DNA of 63,009 nt, the filler included, from Candidatus Omnitrophota bacterium (GTDB lineage Bacteria > Omnitrophota > Gorgyraeia > JAGLLT01), in assembly GCA_023140385.1 (NCBI GenBank). It is 5 parts of 5 records of this genome, joined end to end, with 100 filler letters (N's around TTAATTAATTAA, not from the genome) between each part and the next. Parts side by side here need not be neighbours in the genome. Positions count along the whole stretch, not along the records: positions 31,259 to 52,711 come from JAGLLT010000036.1; 4 more parts are not named here. One strand, 5' to 3'. Below are positions 42,774 to 51,111 of this stretch, one piece after another. Each line of letters starts with the position of its first letter. Positions within the stretch are counted from its first letter, which is position 1. Below the pieces are notes generated by a model, which worked only from the letters and a program-made list of their open reading frames with translations, was not told the origin of the DNA and did not search any database. Position numbers and translations under genes: made by a program.

Positions 42774-43823
42774 ATGAATCCTTTAAGAAAGAGAAGATCT
42801 AAAATAGGACTAGCCCTGGGAAGCGGAGCGGCAAGGGGGCTGGCACATATAGGGGTGCTGAAGGCACTCCGGGAACGGGGTATATCAGTTGATATAATTG
42901 CCGGTTCAAGTATGGGCGCGCTCGTCGGCGCCTGCTACGCGAGAAAAAAAGAGATAGCGGGCTTTGAAGAGGTAGTTTTAAAAACAGACTGGAAGCGGTT
43001 GGCCCGGCTGGCAGACCCTAATTTGGCTTTGCTCTTTAAAGGTATTATTCATGGCAAAAAGGTAAAAGAACTATTAAGGGCTCTAATCGGAGACGTCGAG
43101 TTTAAGGATTTAGAAATCCCCCTGGCAGTAGTGGCCGCCGACGTTAATACAGGCGAGGAGATAGTAATAAAAGAAGGGTCAGTTGTTGAAGCGGTGAGGG
43201 CGAGTATTTCCATACCGGCCATATTTACACCGGTTAAATTTTCTTTCCGCGACAAGGACGGCTTGGGTGAAAAAAAGAGATTTCTCATTGACGGCGGAAT
43301 AGTAAATCCTGTTCCGGTAGACATAGCTAAAAAGATGGGGGCTGCTTTTATAATTGCCAGTAATATTATCCACAAACCCAAAAAAAGAAAATCCCCTGAC
43401 CGTACTAAAAAAAGAAAGTTGTCTGTACCAATTTCTTTAGCTCAGAAAATGTCTGTTATTAGCAGTAAAAATCCTGCTCTGACCGCTCTAAATAGCAAGA
43501 TTAATCAACTCATTCGTGAGAACAAAGACAAGATTCAGGGTTTCCGGGGAGTTAGCGAAATTTTTAAGAAAATGACTGCCAAAGGAAGCCAGCGAATTGA
43601 TCCGGCTACCCCCAACATTTTTGATACTATCGTACAGGCGATATATACTATGGAATACGAGTTAGTCAAATTAAGGATAAAGGAAGCTGATGTAGTAATA
43701 AATCCCGCTACAGGGCGCATTGGCTCATTAGAGTTTTATAAAGGGCAGGAAGCCATTCTGGAGGGGTATAAAGCAGTTATGAAAGAGAAACAGCTCAATT
43801 CCTTTGACACAAAAGCGGGATGA
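42774..43823 (+). CDS. Patatin-like phospholipase/esterase
   Basis: ALGSGAARGLAHIGV, GSSMG nucleophile motif, IDGG. Confidence 0.92.
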   Translation: MNPLRKRRSKIGLALGSGAARGLAHIGVLKALRERGISVDIIAGSSMGALVGACYARKKEIAGFEEVVLKTDWKRLARLADPNLALLFKGIIHGKKVKELLRALIGDVEFKDLEIPLAVVAADVNTGEEIVIKEGSVVEAVRASISIPAIFTPVKFSFRDKDGLGEKKRFLIDGGIVNPVPVDIAKKMGAAFIIASNIIHKPKKRKSPDRTKKRKLSVPISLAQKMSVISSKNPALTALNSKINQLIRENKDKIQGFRGVSEIFKKMTAKGSQRIDPATPNIFDTIVQAIYTMEYELVKLRIKEADVVINPATGRIGSLEFYKGQEAILEGYKAVMKEKQLNSFDTKAG

Positions 43824-43832
43824 TGATAAGAT
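43804..43832 (+). promoter_or_regulatory. Sigma70 promoter upstream of the ilvD 5' stub
   Basis: TTGACA-17 bp-TAAGAT, followed by GGAGG RBS and ATG 43855. Confidence 0.65.
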
Positions 43833-43851
43833 TCGCATAATTGGAGGTTGT

Positions 43852-43981
43852 TAAATGACAGAGAAGGTTATTAACGAGGGGATTAAGAATGTCCGCGAGA
43901 AGGGCAGCGGGGTTTACAGGGAAGGGCCCCATATGCTGCCGGCTATTTCTTTAATGATTGCCGGGGGAGCGCTTAAATCGG
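43852..43981 (+). repeat. Direct repeat copy 1 (130 bp; partner at 50982-51111)
   Basis: Ungapped hand alignment gives 8 mismatches in 130 bp; offset 7130 bp. Confidence 0.95.
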
Positions 43982-44010
43982 CTAAGAAGTTAAATTGTTT
44001 TGATACTTAA
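43855..44010 (+). pseudogene. ilvD: Truncated duplicate of the ilvD 5' end (51 codons)
   Basis: [51 protein letters not shown]; the first ~42 aa match the ORF at 50985. Confidence 0.88.
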
Positions 44011-44101
44011 ATTCAATCCTTAGTGTATATTAAAAATTTTATAACATTGATAACTCCTTATATAAAAGGCGTGGAGCATTTATGGATAAAACGGAGGAAA
44101 G

Positions 44102-46216
44102 ATGACCGCTCTAATTGATGCCCTACTAAAACAAGAATTGATTACCCGTGAGCAATTGGATGATGCCCGAGATAAACAATTGGGCGCTAAGAATCCCATA
44201 CAGGAGCTGATTGTTGATATGGGGTTTATAAGTGAAAAAAAATTAATGCAAATTTCATCAAAAATATTTAATATGCCGGTTGTGAAATTGCAAGATGATG
44301 AAATTGATGAAGCGGCAATTAAATTTATCACTTTTGAGCAAGCAAAACGTTACGGAGTTTTTCCCGTCAAGGTTGAAAGTAAGATACTTTATTTAGCAAT
44401 GAGTGATCCGCTGGATATAGTGACTATAGATGATATAAAACTTATTACAAGCCTGGGTGTTAAAGCTATCTTGTGCGCGAAAGCTGAAATTTCTGAATAC
44501 ATTAAAAAGTATTATAAGTCTGATGACGCTGTTTATGACTTGTTAAAAAATATGGTCAAAGAAGCTGACGTAAAATTAGTGGATGATGAAGGAAGTTCTG
44601 ATGAAAAAATAATTAATATAGATATAGTAAAAGGCGCTGATACGCCCGTAGTAAGGCTTGCTAATCTTATATTAAGTGATGCTATTAAGAGCAGGGCGAC
44701 GGATGTTCATATAGAACCGCAGGAAAAAATTGTTGAGGTTCGATATCGAATAGACGGATATTTAAAAAATATTATGAAAGTTCCTCTTGAAATGCGGCAG
44801 CATCTTATCGCGCGCGTTAAAATAATGGCTTTGCTTGATGTCGCGGAACATAGAAAGCCCCAGGGTGGGCGTTGTCGTATCGCGGTCGCGAACAGGAAAG
44901 TGGATTTACGAATTTCAATAATGCCCACTTTTTACGGAGAAAAAGCCGCTATTCGATTACTTGATACAAAAGAAAGCAGATTCGAATTGGGAAACATAGG
45001 CTTTGAAGAAAAAGGGCTTAGTGTTTTTAAAGAAGAAATTTCCCGATCGCAGGGTATGGTTTTGGTAACCGGCCCTACCGGTTCAGGTAAAACTTCTACT
45101 CTGTACGCGGCTCTTAATTATATTAAAAGCGAAACTAAAAATATTGTAAGCATAGAAGATCCAATAGAATACCTTATTGATGGTTTAAATCAAATGCAGG
45201 TTGATCCAGCTAGAAATGTGACATTTGCTAATGCTTTAAGAAGTGTGCTTAGGCAGGATCCAAATGTTATTTTAGTTGGAGAAGTGCGGGATAAAGAGAC
45301 GGCCGAAATTGCTTTCCAGGCGTCTCTTACCGGACATATGGTTTTTTCAACGCTTCACACTAATTCCGCGGTGTCCAGCATTATTAGGCTGCTTAACATT
45401 GGATTAGAGCCGTTTTTAATAGCATCTTCCTTAGTATTAGTAGTGGCTCAAAGATTAGTTAGGCGCGTGTGCCCCCACTGCAGAGTTGAGTATCAACCGG
45501 ATGAAAAGTTGCTGAAAAAATTTGCTGTATATTTAAAAGAGTATAATGTCAGCAAATTTTTCAAGGGGAAGGGATGCAAAGAATGCGACTATTCCGGTTA
45601 TTTGGGGAGAACCGCCATATTTGAAGTTTTTAAGATAAACGAAAAAATAAGATCTCTCATATCAGATAAAGTTTCCGAAGATAGAATTTTTGAACAAGCT
45701 AAAAAAACCGGATTAATAACACTGGCTAATTCGGGAATAAGAAAAGTGCGCGATGGATTTACAACTATAGAAGAAGTTTCTAATGTAACAGATGTTACCG
45801 AAGAAAATTCTACAGTAATAGTTCAAAATGGAAAAAGCCAGCCGGCCAAAATCCTTATCGTTGATGATGAGGAGGACATATTGAAGATTTTAAGAAAATA
45901 TTTTGAGCATGAGAACTATGAAGTTATACAGGCCGGAGATGGCCGAGAGGCTATTGAAAAAGCCCACAAAGATAAGCCGGACTTGGTTGTTATGGATGTT
46001 ATGATGCCCAATATGGATGGTTTTAAAGCAACCGAGATATTAAGATCAAGATTAGAGACAGCTACAATTCCTATAGTGCTGCTTACGGCTAAAATCGATA
46101 AAAAAAGTGAAATACAAGGCCTCAAAGCGGGCGCGGATGATTATATTACGAAGCCTTTCGATAAAGATAAGCTCTTGGCCAGAGTAGGCATGTTATTAAA
46201 AAGGCGAGGCTTTTAG
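44102..46216 (+). CDS. GspE/PilB-family secretion/pilus ATPase with C-terminal receiver domain
   Basis: ATDVHIEP, Walker A GPTGSGKT, SIEDPIEY, LRQDPNVILVGEVRD, TGHMVFSTLHTN, CPHC..CKEC. C-terminal REC: KILIVDDEED..VMDVMMP..LLTA..YITKPF. Confidence 0.93.
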   Translation: MTALIDALLKQELITREQLDDARDKQLGAKNPIQELIVDMGFISEKKLMQISSKIFNMPVVKLQDDEIDEAAIKFITFEQAKRYGVFPVKVESKILYLAMSDPLDIVTIDDIKLITSLGVKAILCAKAEISEYIKKYYKSDDAVYDLLKNMVKEADVKLVDDEGSSDEKIINIDIVKGADTPVVRLANLILSDAIKSRATDVHIEPQEKIVEVRYRIDGYLKNIMKVPLEMRQHLIARVKIMALLDVAEHRKPQGGRCRIAVANRKVDLRISIMPTFYGEKAAIRLLDTKESRFELGNIGFEEKGLSVFKEEISRSQGMVLVTGPTGSGKTSTLYAALNYIKSETKNIVSIEDPIEYLIDGLNQMQVDPARNVTFANALRSVLRQDPNVILVGEVRDKETAEIAFQASLTGHMVFSTLHTNSAVSSIIRLLNIGLEPFLIASSLVLVVAQRLVRRVCPHCRVEYQPDEKLLKKFAVYLKEYNVSKFFKGKGCKECDYSGYLGRTAIFEVFKINEKIRSLISDKVSEDRIFEQAKKTGLITLANSGIRKVRDGFTTIEEVSNVTDVTEENSTVIVQNGKSQPAKILIVDDEEDILKILRKYFEHENYEVIQAGDGREAIEKAHKDKPDLVVMDVMMPNMDGFKATEILRSRLETATIPIVLLTAKIDKKSEIQGLKAGADDYITKPFDKDKLLARVGMLLKRRGF

Positions 46217-46217
46217 T

Positions 46218-46760
46218 GTGAACGATAATCAGGAAAAAAAAGGTAGAAACGAGGAGCTTAAAGACATAGTTAATGATTTTAAAGGAGAAAAGAAAGAGCA
46301 AGCTGCCGCAAAAAATAAAGCTATTCATAAAAGGGAAGTTGGGAGAAAAATAAGGATAATTAGCAAAACGCTTTTATTCCTTTTGGTTGGTACTCTGATA
46401 GGATATAATATGTTTTACTTCGTTGTTACTAAAAAAGAATATAGTAGTTACCAATATTGGGCATTGGGTAAAAGAGTAACTGCAGATTATAAATTAAACG
46501 AGTGCGTCTTTAAGCTTTGGCAAATAAGAAAATCTGTTGACTTGTATTATGTTGCAAACGGAGTTTACCCAAAAACCATTGAAGAACTGTCCCGGGAGAA
46601 ATTTTTTAATATTAATCTCTCGTGTCCCGTAAGTAAGAAACAATATATTACTAAGAAAATAGGGGGGCGTGAAGTTATCGCCTGCCCTAATCCTCAAGAA
46701 CACAATATAAAAGAGGTGTACGTTCAGATTAATAGCGGCCCGCCAATAATAGTGAGGTAG
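46218..46760 (+). CDS. Single-TM protein with pseudopilin-like C-terminal domain
   Basis: Charged N-terminus, one TM helix, then IRKSVDLYYVANGVYPKTIEEL..CP..CP..H, resembling the neighbouring pilin's globular domain. Confidence 0.55.
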   Translation: MNDNQEKKGRNEELKDIVNDFKGEKKEQAAAKNKAIHKREVGRKIRIISKTLLFLLVGTLIGYNMFYFVVTKKEYSSYQYWALGKRVTADYKLNECVFKLWQIRKSVDLYYVANGVYPKTIEELSREKFFNINLSCPVSKKQYITKKIGGREVIACPNPQEHNIKEVYVQINSGPPIIVR

Positions 46761-46763
46761 AAG

Positions 46764-47177
46764 GTGACTAATAAAAGAGCCGTCACTTTAATAGAGCTTG
46801 TAGTAGTGGTAACGATTCTTGCTATATTTGCTTCTATAGTCAGCGGTATATATGTAAATTATCATCTTCGAACTAAGGCCTCAGCTGAAAAGAGCATTTG
46901 TATTGAAAAAAGGAAACAGATTCAATACGCGGAGGAGCTTTTTGTAGAAGACCTGGGTAATCATTCAGAAAACTTACAAAATTTGGTAAACGGAGGCTAC
47001 CTCACTGACATTCCCGGATGTCCCTCGGGAGGGGTGTACGCGTGGATGCCGCATGATGAGGGTGATCCGTTATATCAAACTCAGGTAGTCTGTTCTGTTC
47101 ACGGTACCATAAATCCTCCGACTGAGGCAGAAGTGAAACAAGAAAAAGAAAAAGGAAAAGAGAAACATAAAAAGTAA
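46764..47177 (+). CDS. Type IV pilin/pseudopilin with prepilin-type leader
   Basis: MTNKRA|VTLIELVVVVTILAIFASIV (Glu+5); CPSGGVY..CSVHG. Confidence 0.85.
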   Translation: MTNKRAVTLIELVVVVTILAIFASIVSGIYVNYHLRTKASAEKSICIEKRKQIQYAEELFVEDLGNHSENLQNLVNGGYLTDIPGCPSGGVYAWMPHDEGDPLYQTQVVCSVHGTINPPTEAEVKQEKEKGKEKHKK

Positions 47178-47349
47178 AGTTTCAGGCGACGCGTTTAAAA
47201 ATCATATAAATAATATTAGCAAAAGAATTTCTCCTATTTGAGAAGCAAGCGGTTCTTTATATACCTAAAGAAGGCGCGGGCTTAAGAAAGTGGGGAAATT
47301 GACATACTTCGTTTGATGATACGCAGTTAACCATAGGGAACTGATTATA

Positions 47350-50100
47350 ATGAAAATAAGTAAAAAGATAAGCTATTTATTTTTAGTAACAAGTACGATT
47401 TTTATAATTGCTGTAACTACATTTTTTTATATTACAGCTAAAAGTGTTTTGAAGGAAAGAATATTGAATCATCTGATTACGACCGTTGAGTCAAGAGCGC
47501 AAACTATAGAATTAACATTACAGCATTATCAAGAAGATGCCTTAGTATTGACGGTAGGAAATGCTGCCAAAAACGCGGTAGACATAACTAAAGATTATGC
47601 CCAAGGGGTGGAGCAGGTCAATAAAAGGATAAAGAGTACATTGCAAATCAGCCCGGATATTTCTGAGATTAGAGTTTTGGGAAAAAACGGCATAGTAATC
47701 GCGTCCAGCCATAAGGATACAGGCGTTGATAAAAGCGCTCAGGTAATATTTTTAAAAGGTAAGAACGGCGTCCATATTCAAGATATGCATATTTCCGAGC
47801 TTACCGGGGATATTGTTGTCGGTGTCGCGGCCCCCATCTTTGTAAATGATGAATTCGCCGGAGTTCTTGCTATAAATTTTGATGAGAAAAAATTATTTAA
47901 GATAACTACTAACAGATTTGGCTTAGGAGAGACCGGAGAGATATATCTTATAAACAAAGACGGGTATATGATAACGCCTTCCCGGTTTGCAGAGGGCACT
48001 TTCTTAAAGCAAAAAGTCGATACGGAAAATACAAGAAGAGCTTTTGAAGATATTGAGGAATTCGGCCAAGAGGCACACTTACACGAAGCATTCGTGTACA
48101 GAAATTATCAAGGAAAAAAAGTTTTGGGGATACACGCGCACATACCCCAAATGCAATGGACTGTTTTGGCGGAAATTGACGCGTCTGAAGCTTTCGCGCC
48201 TTTACGCAGGCTAAGATGGATATTTATAGCCATCATCTGCCTTGTGCCGGTAGCGGCCGGTTTTGTAGGGCGTGTGATATCGGGAATAATAACGGAACCT
48301 ATCCATAAACTTCATAAAGGAACTGAGATTATAGCCGAGGGCAATCTTGATTATAAAGTTGGCACCAATGCTCAAGATGAGATAGGCCAGCTCTCCCGGG
48401 CTTTTGATGAGATGACAGAAAGTTTAAAGAAGAGCACAACATCTATAAATAAATTAAATAATGAGATTGATAGTCGCAAGCAAGCGCAAGAAAAAACACA
48501 GCATTTAACAATGGTGCTTAGAGCTATCAGCAATGTAAACCAGCTTATTGTACAGGAGAAAAACCCCGATACGTTAATTAGAAAAGCATGCGAAGAGCTT
48601 GTCAAATTTCGCGGTTATAAATATGCCTGGATTGTTATTATGAATAAGTCGGGCAAGTTTATCCGGGCCGCTCAAGCAGACGCCGGCGGGAACTTTTTGC
48701 AATTTACTGAAGATATTAAAAAGGGTAAAATGCCTCAATGTGTTCATAGAGGCCTAAAGGAGCATTTTTTTATTATCGAGAAGCCAGAGGACGTTTGTGA
48801 GGATTGCGGACTTTTTAATATACACCGCAATAAAAGAGCTATGGTTTGTAGCCTTGAGCATCAAGGTGAATTCTATGGGGTTTTTAGTGTGGCGGTTTCC
48901 GCTGAAACTGAGTTAGATATAACGGAGCGGGATTTGTTTAAAGAGGTTGCTTCTGATTTAGCTTTGGCCTTGCATCATATGGAGATTGAGGCTGAAAACA
49001 AGCAAGCGGCAGAAGTAATAAAAAGATCCGTTGAAGAATGGAAGGAGACGTTTAATTCTATAAGTGATTTGGTTTTTATTCAAAATAAAGATTTCGAAAT
49101 AATGAAATGCAATAAAGCCTTTATGGACGTTCTGGGTTTAAAGGAGAAAGATATAATAGGCAAGAAATGTTATGAACTTTTGCATAAGTCGGATAAACCG
49201 TGGGAGAACTGTCCGCTTAAGCAAACAAAAAAAGACCATAAGCCCCACACTGAAGAGGTTGATGATCCGAAGATTGGTGTGCCTCTTTTGATTACAACGT
49301 CGCCAATATTTGATAATAATGGTGAATATATAGGCAGTGTGCATATTGCCAAGGATATATCCAATATAAGGGAAGCGCAGAAAAAAATGATAGAGGCTAT
49401 AGAGATCAAATCTCAGTTTATTTCTATGGTCTCGCATGAATTAAGAACGCCCTTAACCGCGATTAAAGAAGGGATTGGAATCGTCTATGATGAGATTACC
49501 GGTGAACTTAATGAAGAGCAGAAAGATTTTCTCGATACGGCCAAAAGGAACGTAGAGAGATTATCCAGATTAATAAATACTGTATTAGATTTTCAGAAGC
49601 TGCAGGCGGGCAAAATGGTCTTTGAGATGGAAGAAAATGACATAAACAGCATTGTTGATGAAGCTTCTAAAGAAATGAAGCCGCTTTTTGAGAAAAAGAA
49701 ACTTAAGCTTGAATTTAGTCTTGATAAAAGTTTGCCCAAAGCGGTTTTTGATAGAGATAAAATAACTCAGGTTTTAACTAATCTAATGAATAACGCGTTA
49801 AAATTTACTGAAAGGGGAAGCATAAGCATAACAACTCAAAAAGAAGATAAAATGATAAAAGTTTCTATAGCTGATATGGGTTCCGGCATAAAAGAAGAAG
49901 ATATGAAAAACCTGTTTCATAGGTTTGAGCAGGTTTCAAAGGGGTCTGAAAGGAAAACAGGGGGTACGGGCCTGGGCCTTGCCATATCAAAGGAAATAAT
50001 CAACGCGCATAAGGGAAGGATTTGGGTGGAGTCAGAATTTGGCAAGGGGGCAACCTTCTCTTTTACAATATCCCTTGAATTAAACAGGAGGAAGATATGA
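47350..50100 (+). CDS. Membrane sensor histidine kinase (TM-Cache-TM-HAMP-GAF-PAS-HisKA-HATPase)
   Basis: HAMP motif DEIGQLSRAFDEM; H-box SHELRTPL; NLMNNALKF; DMGSGI; GTGLGLAI. Confidence 0.93.
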   Translation: MKISKKISYLFLVTSTIFIIAVTTFFYITAKSVLKERILNHLITTVESRAQTIELTLQHYQEDALVLTVGNAAKNAVDITKDYAQGVEQVNKRIKSTLQISPDISEIRVLGKNGIVIASSHKDTGVDKSAQVIFLKGKNGVHIQDMHISELTGDIVVGVAAPIFVNDEFAGVLAINFDEKKLFKITTNRFGLGETGEIYLINKDGYMITPSRFAEGTFLKQKVDTENTRRAFEDIEEFGQEAHLHEAFVYRNYQGKKVLGIHAHIPQMQWTVLAEIDASEAFAPLRRLRWIFIAIICLVPVAAGFVGRVISGIITEPIHKLHKGTEIIAEGNLDYKVGTNAQDEIGQLSRAFDEMTESLKKSTTSINKLNNEIDSRKQAQEKTQHLTMVLRAISNVNQLIVQEKNPDTLIRKACEELVKFRGYKYAWIVIMNKSGKFIRAAQADAGGNFLQFTEDIKKGKMPQCVHRGLKEHFFIIEKPEDVCEDCGLFNIHRNKRAMVCSLEHQGEFYGVFSVAVSAETELDITERDLFKEVASDLALALHHMEIEAENKQAAEVIKRSVEEWKETFNSISDLVFIQNKDFEIMKCNKAFMDVLGLKEKDIIGKKCYELLHKSDKPWENCPLKQTKKDHKPHTEEVDDPKIGVPLLITTSPIFDNNGEYIGSVHIAKDISNIREAQKKMIEAIEIKSQFISMVSHELRTPLTAIKEGIGIVYDEITGELNEEQKDFLDTAKRNVERLSRLINTVLDFQKLQAGKMVFEMEENDINSIVDEASKEMKPLFEKKKLKLEFSLDKSLPKAVFDRDKITQVLTNLMNNALKFTERGSISITTQKEDKMIKVSIADMGSGIKEEDMKNLFHRFEQVSKGSERKTGGTGLGLAISKEIINAHKGRIWVESEFGKGATFSFTISLELNRRKI

Positions 50101-50462
50101 GCGGCAGGATCTTAGTTGTTGATGATGAACCTGATGTGCTAAAGGTGGTAACTTTTAGATTAGGGAAAATGGGCCATCAAATATTTTCAGCTGTAACTGG
50201 AGAAGAGGCGTTAGATATGGTTGCTAAAGAAGCGATAGACTTGGTATTTTTAGATTTACGAATGCCGGGCATCGATGGTTCCGAGGTTTGCAAAAGAATA
50301 AAAAGCGATGAAAGATTGAAATCTATTCCCGTGATTTTGTTAAGCGCAAGCAACGCGAGCGCTATGAGTGAAATAGTCGATGAGTGCAAGGCAGATGGTT
50401 ATTTGGTAAAACCTTTTGATGTGGAAGACCTAATAGAGACAGTTAATCGTTTTATTGTTTAA
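50097..50462 (+). CDS. Stand-alone response regulator receiver
   Basis: ILVVDDE, FLDLRMP, LLSA, VKPF. Confidence 0.92.
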   Translation: MSGRILVVDDEPDVLKVVTFRLGKMGHQIFSAVTGEEALDMVAKEAIDLVFLDLRMPGIDGSEVCKRIKSDERLKSIPVILLSASNASAMSEIVDECKADGYLVKPFDVEDLIETVNRFIV

Positions 50463-50486
50463 TTCTGTTAATGAAGGGATTCTATT

Positions 50487-50867
50487 ATGGAAAAAAAGAA
50501 ACTCATTCTTATCGTTGATGATGAAGAGGATACGCTGAAAGTACTTGATAAAAGACTGAGTGAAAACAACTATAATGTTATCGCGGCGGACAATGGTTAT
50601 GATGCTGTAGATCTCGCGAAAAAAAAGAAGCCGGGCCTTATAATTTTAGATATAATGATGCCCGAGATTGATGGATGCGAAGTAGCCGCAATATTAAAAC
50701 AAGATACCCAAACAGCCAATATTCCGATTATTTTTCTGACTGCTTTATATTCTAAAAAAGAAGAAGCAAAAAAAGGCAAAATGATCGCGGGAAATATTTT
50801 TTTATCTAAACCTTTTGAAGTAGAAGAACTGCTTAAGACTATAGAGAAAATGTTAAATAGTAGATAA
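50487..50867 (+). CDS. Stand-alone response regulator receiver
   Basis: ILIVDDE, ILDIMMP, FLTA, SKPF. Confidence 0.92.
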   Translation: MEKKKLILIVDDEEDTLKVLDKRLSENNYNVIAADNGYDAVDLAKKKKPGLIILDIMMPEIDGCEVAAILKQDTQTANIPIIFLTALYSKKEEAKKGKMIAGNIFLSKPFEVEELLKTIEKMLNSR

Positions 50868-50988
50868 AAACGTTTTGATAATTGATGAGGAGGATGTTTT
50901 AAACGCGACAAAAAAACACCCTGAAGATGAAGGATTATATAGAACGAGACAATGGTGCGATTTTCTTTTAGGAGGACTAACTAAATGA
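50857..50988 (+). pseudogene. Possible relic of a third receiver gene
   Basis: Frame reads (ATA)VDKNVLIIDEEDVLNATKKHPEDEGLY..., like a REC N-terminus; no valid start codon; truncated. Confidence 0.4.
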
Positions 50989-51111
50989 CAGCGAAGGTTA
51001 TTAACGAGGGGATTAAGAATGTCCGCGAGAAAGGCAGCGGGGTTTACAGGGAAGGCCCTCATATGCTGCCGGCTGTTTCTTTAATGATTGCCGAGGGGGT
51101 GCTTAAATCGG
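50982..51111 (+). repeat. Direct repeat copy 2 (5' end of intact ilvD)
   Basis: Matches 43852-43981 with 8 mismatches. Confidence 0.95.

Larger units (their letters stand above)
44011..50981 (+). mobile_element. Putative integrase-free genomic islet inserted at ilvD
   Basis: Bracketed by the ilvD 5' duplication; looks more AT-rich than ilvD by eye; accessory cargo; no recombinase gene inside. Confidence 0.55.

Noticed and set aside
44011..50981. Prophage, ICE or transposon identity for the insert
   Set aside because: No integrase, transposase, relaxase, phage gene or terminal inverted repeat seen; kept only as an unexplained islet.
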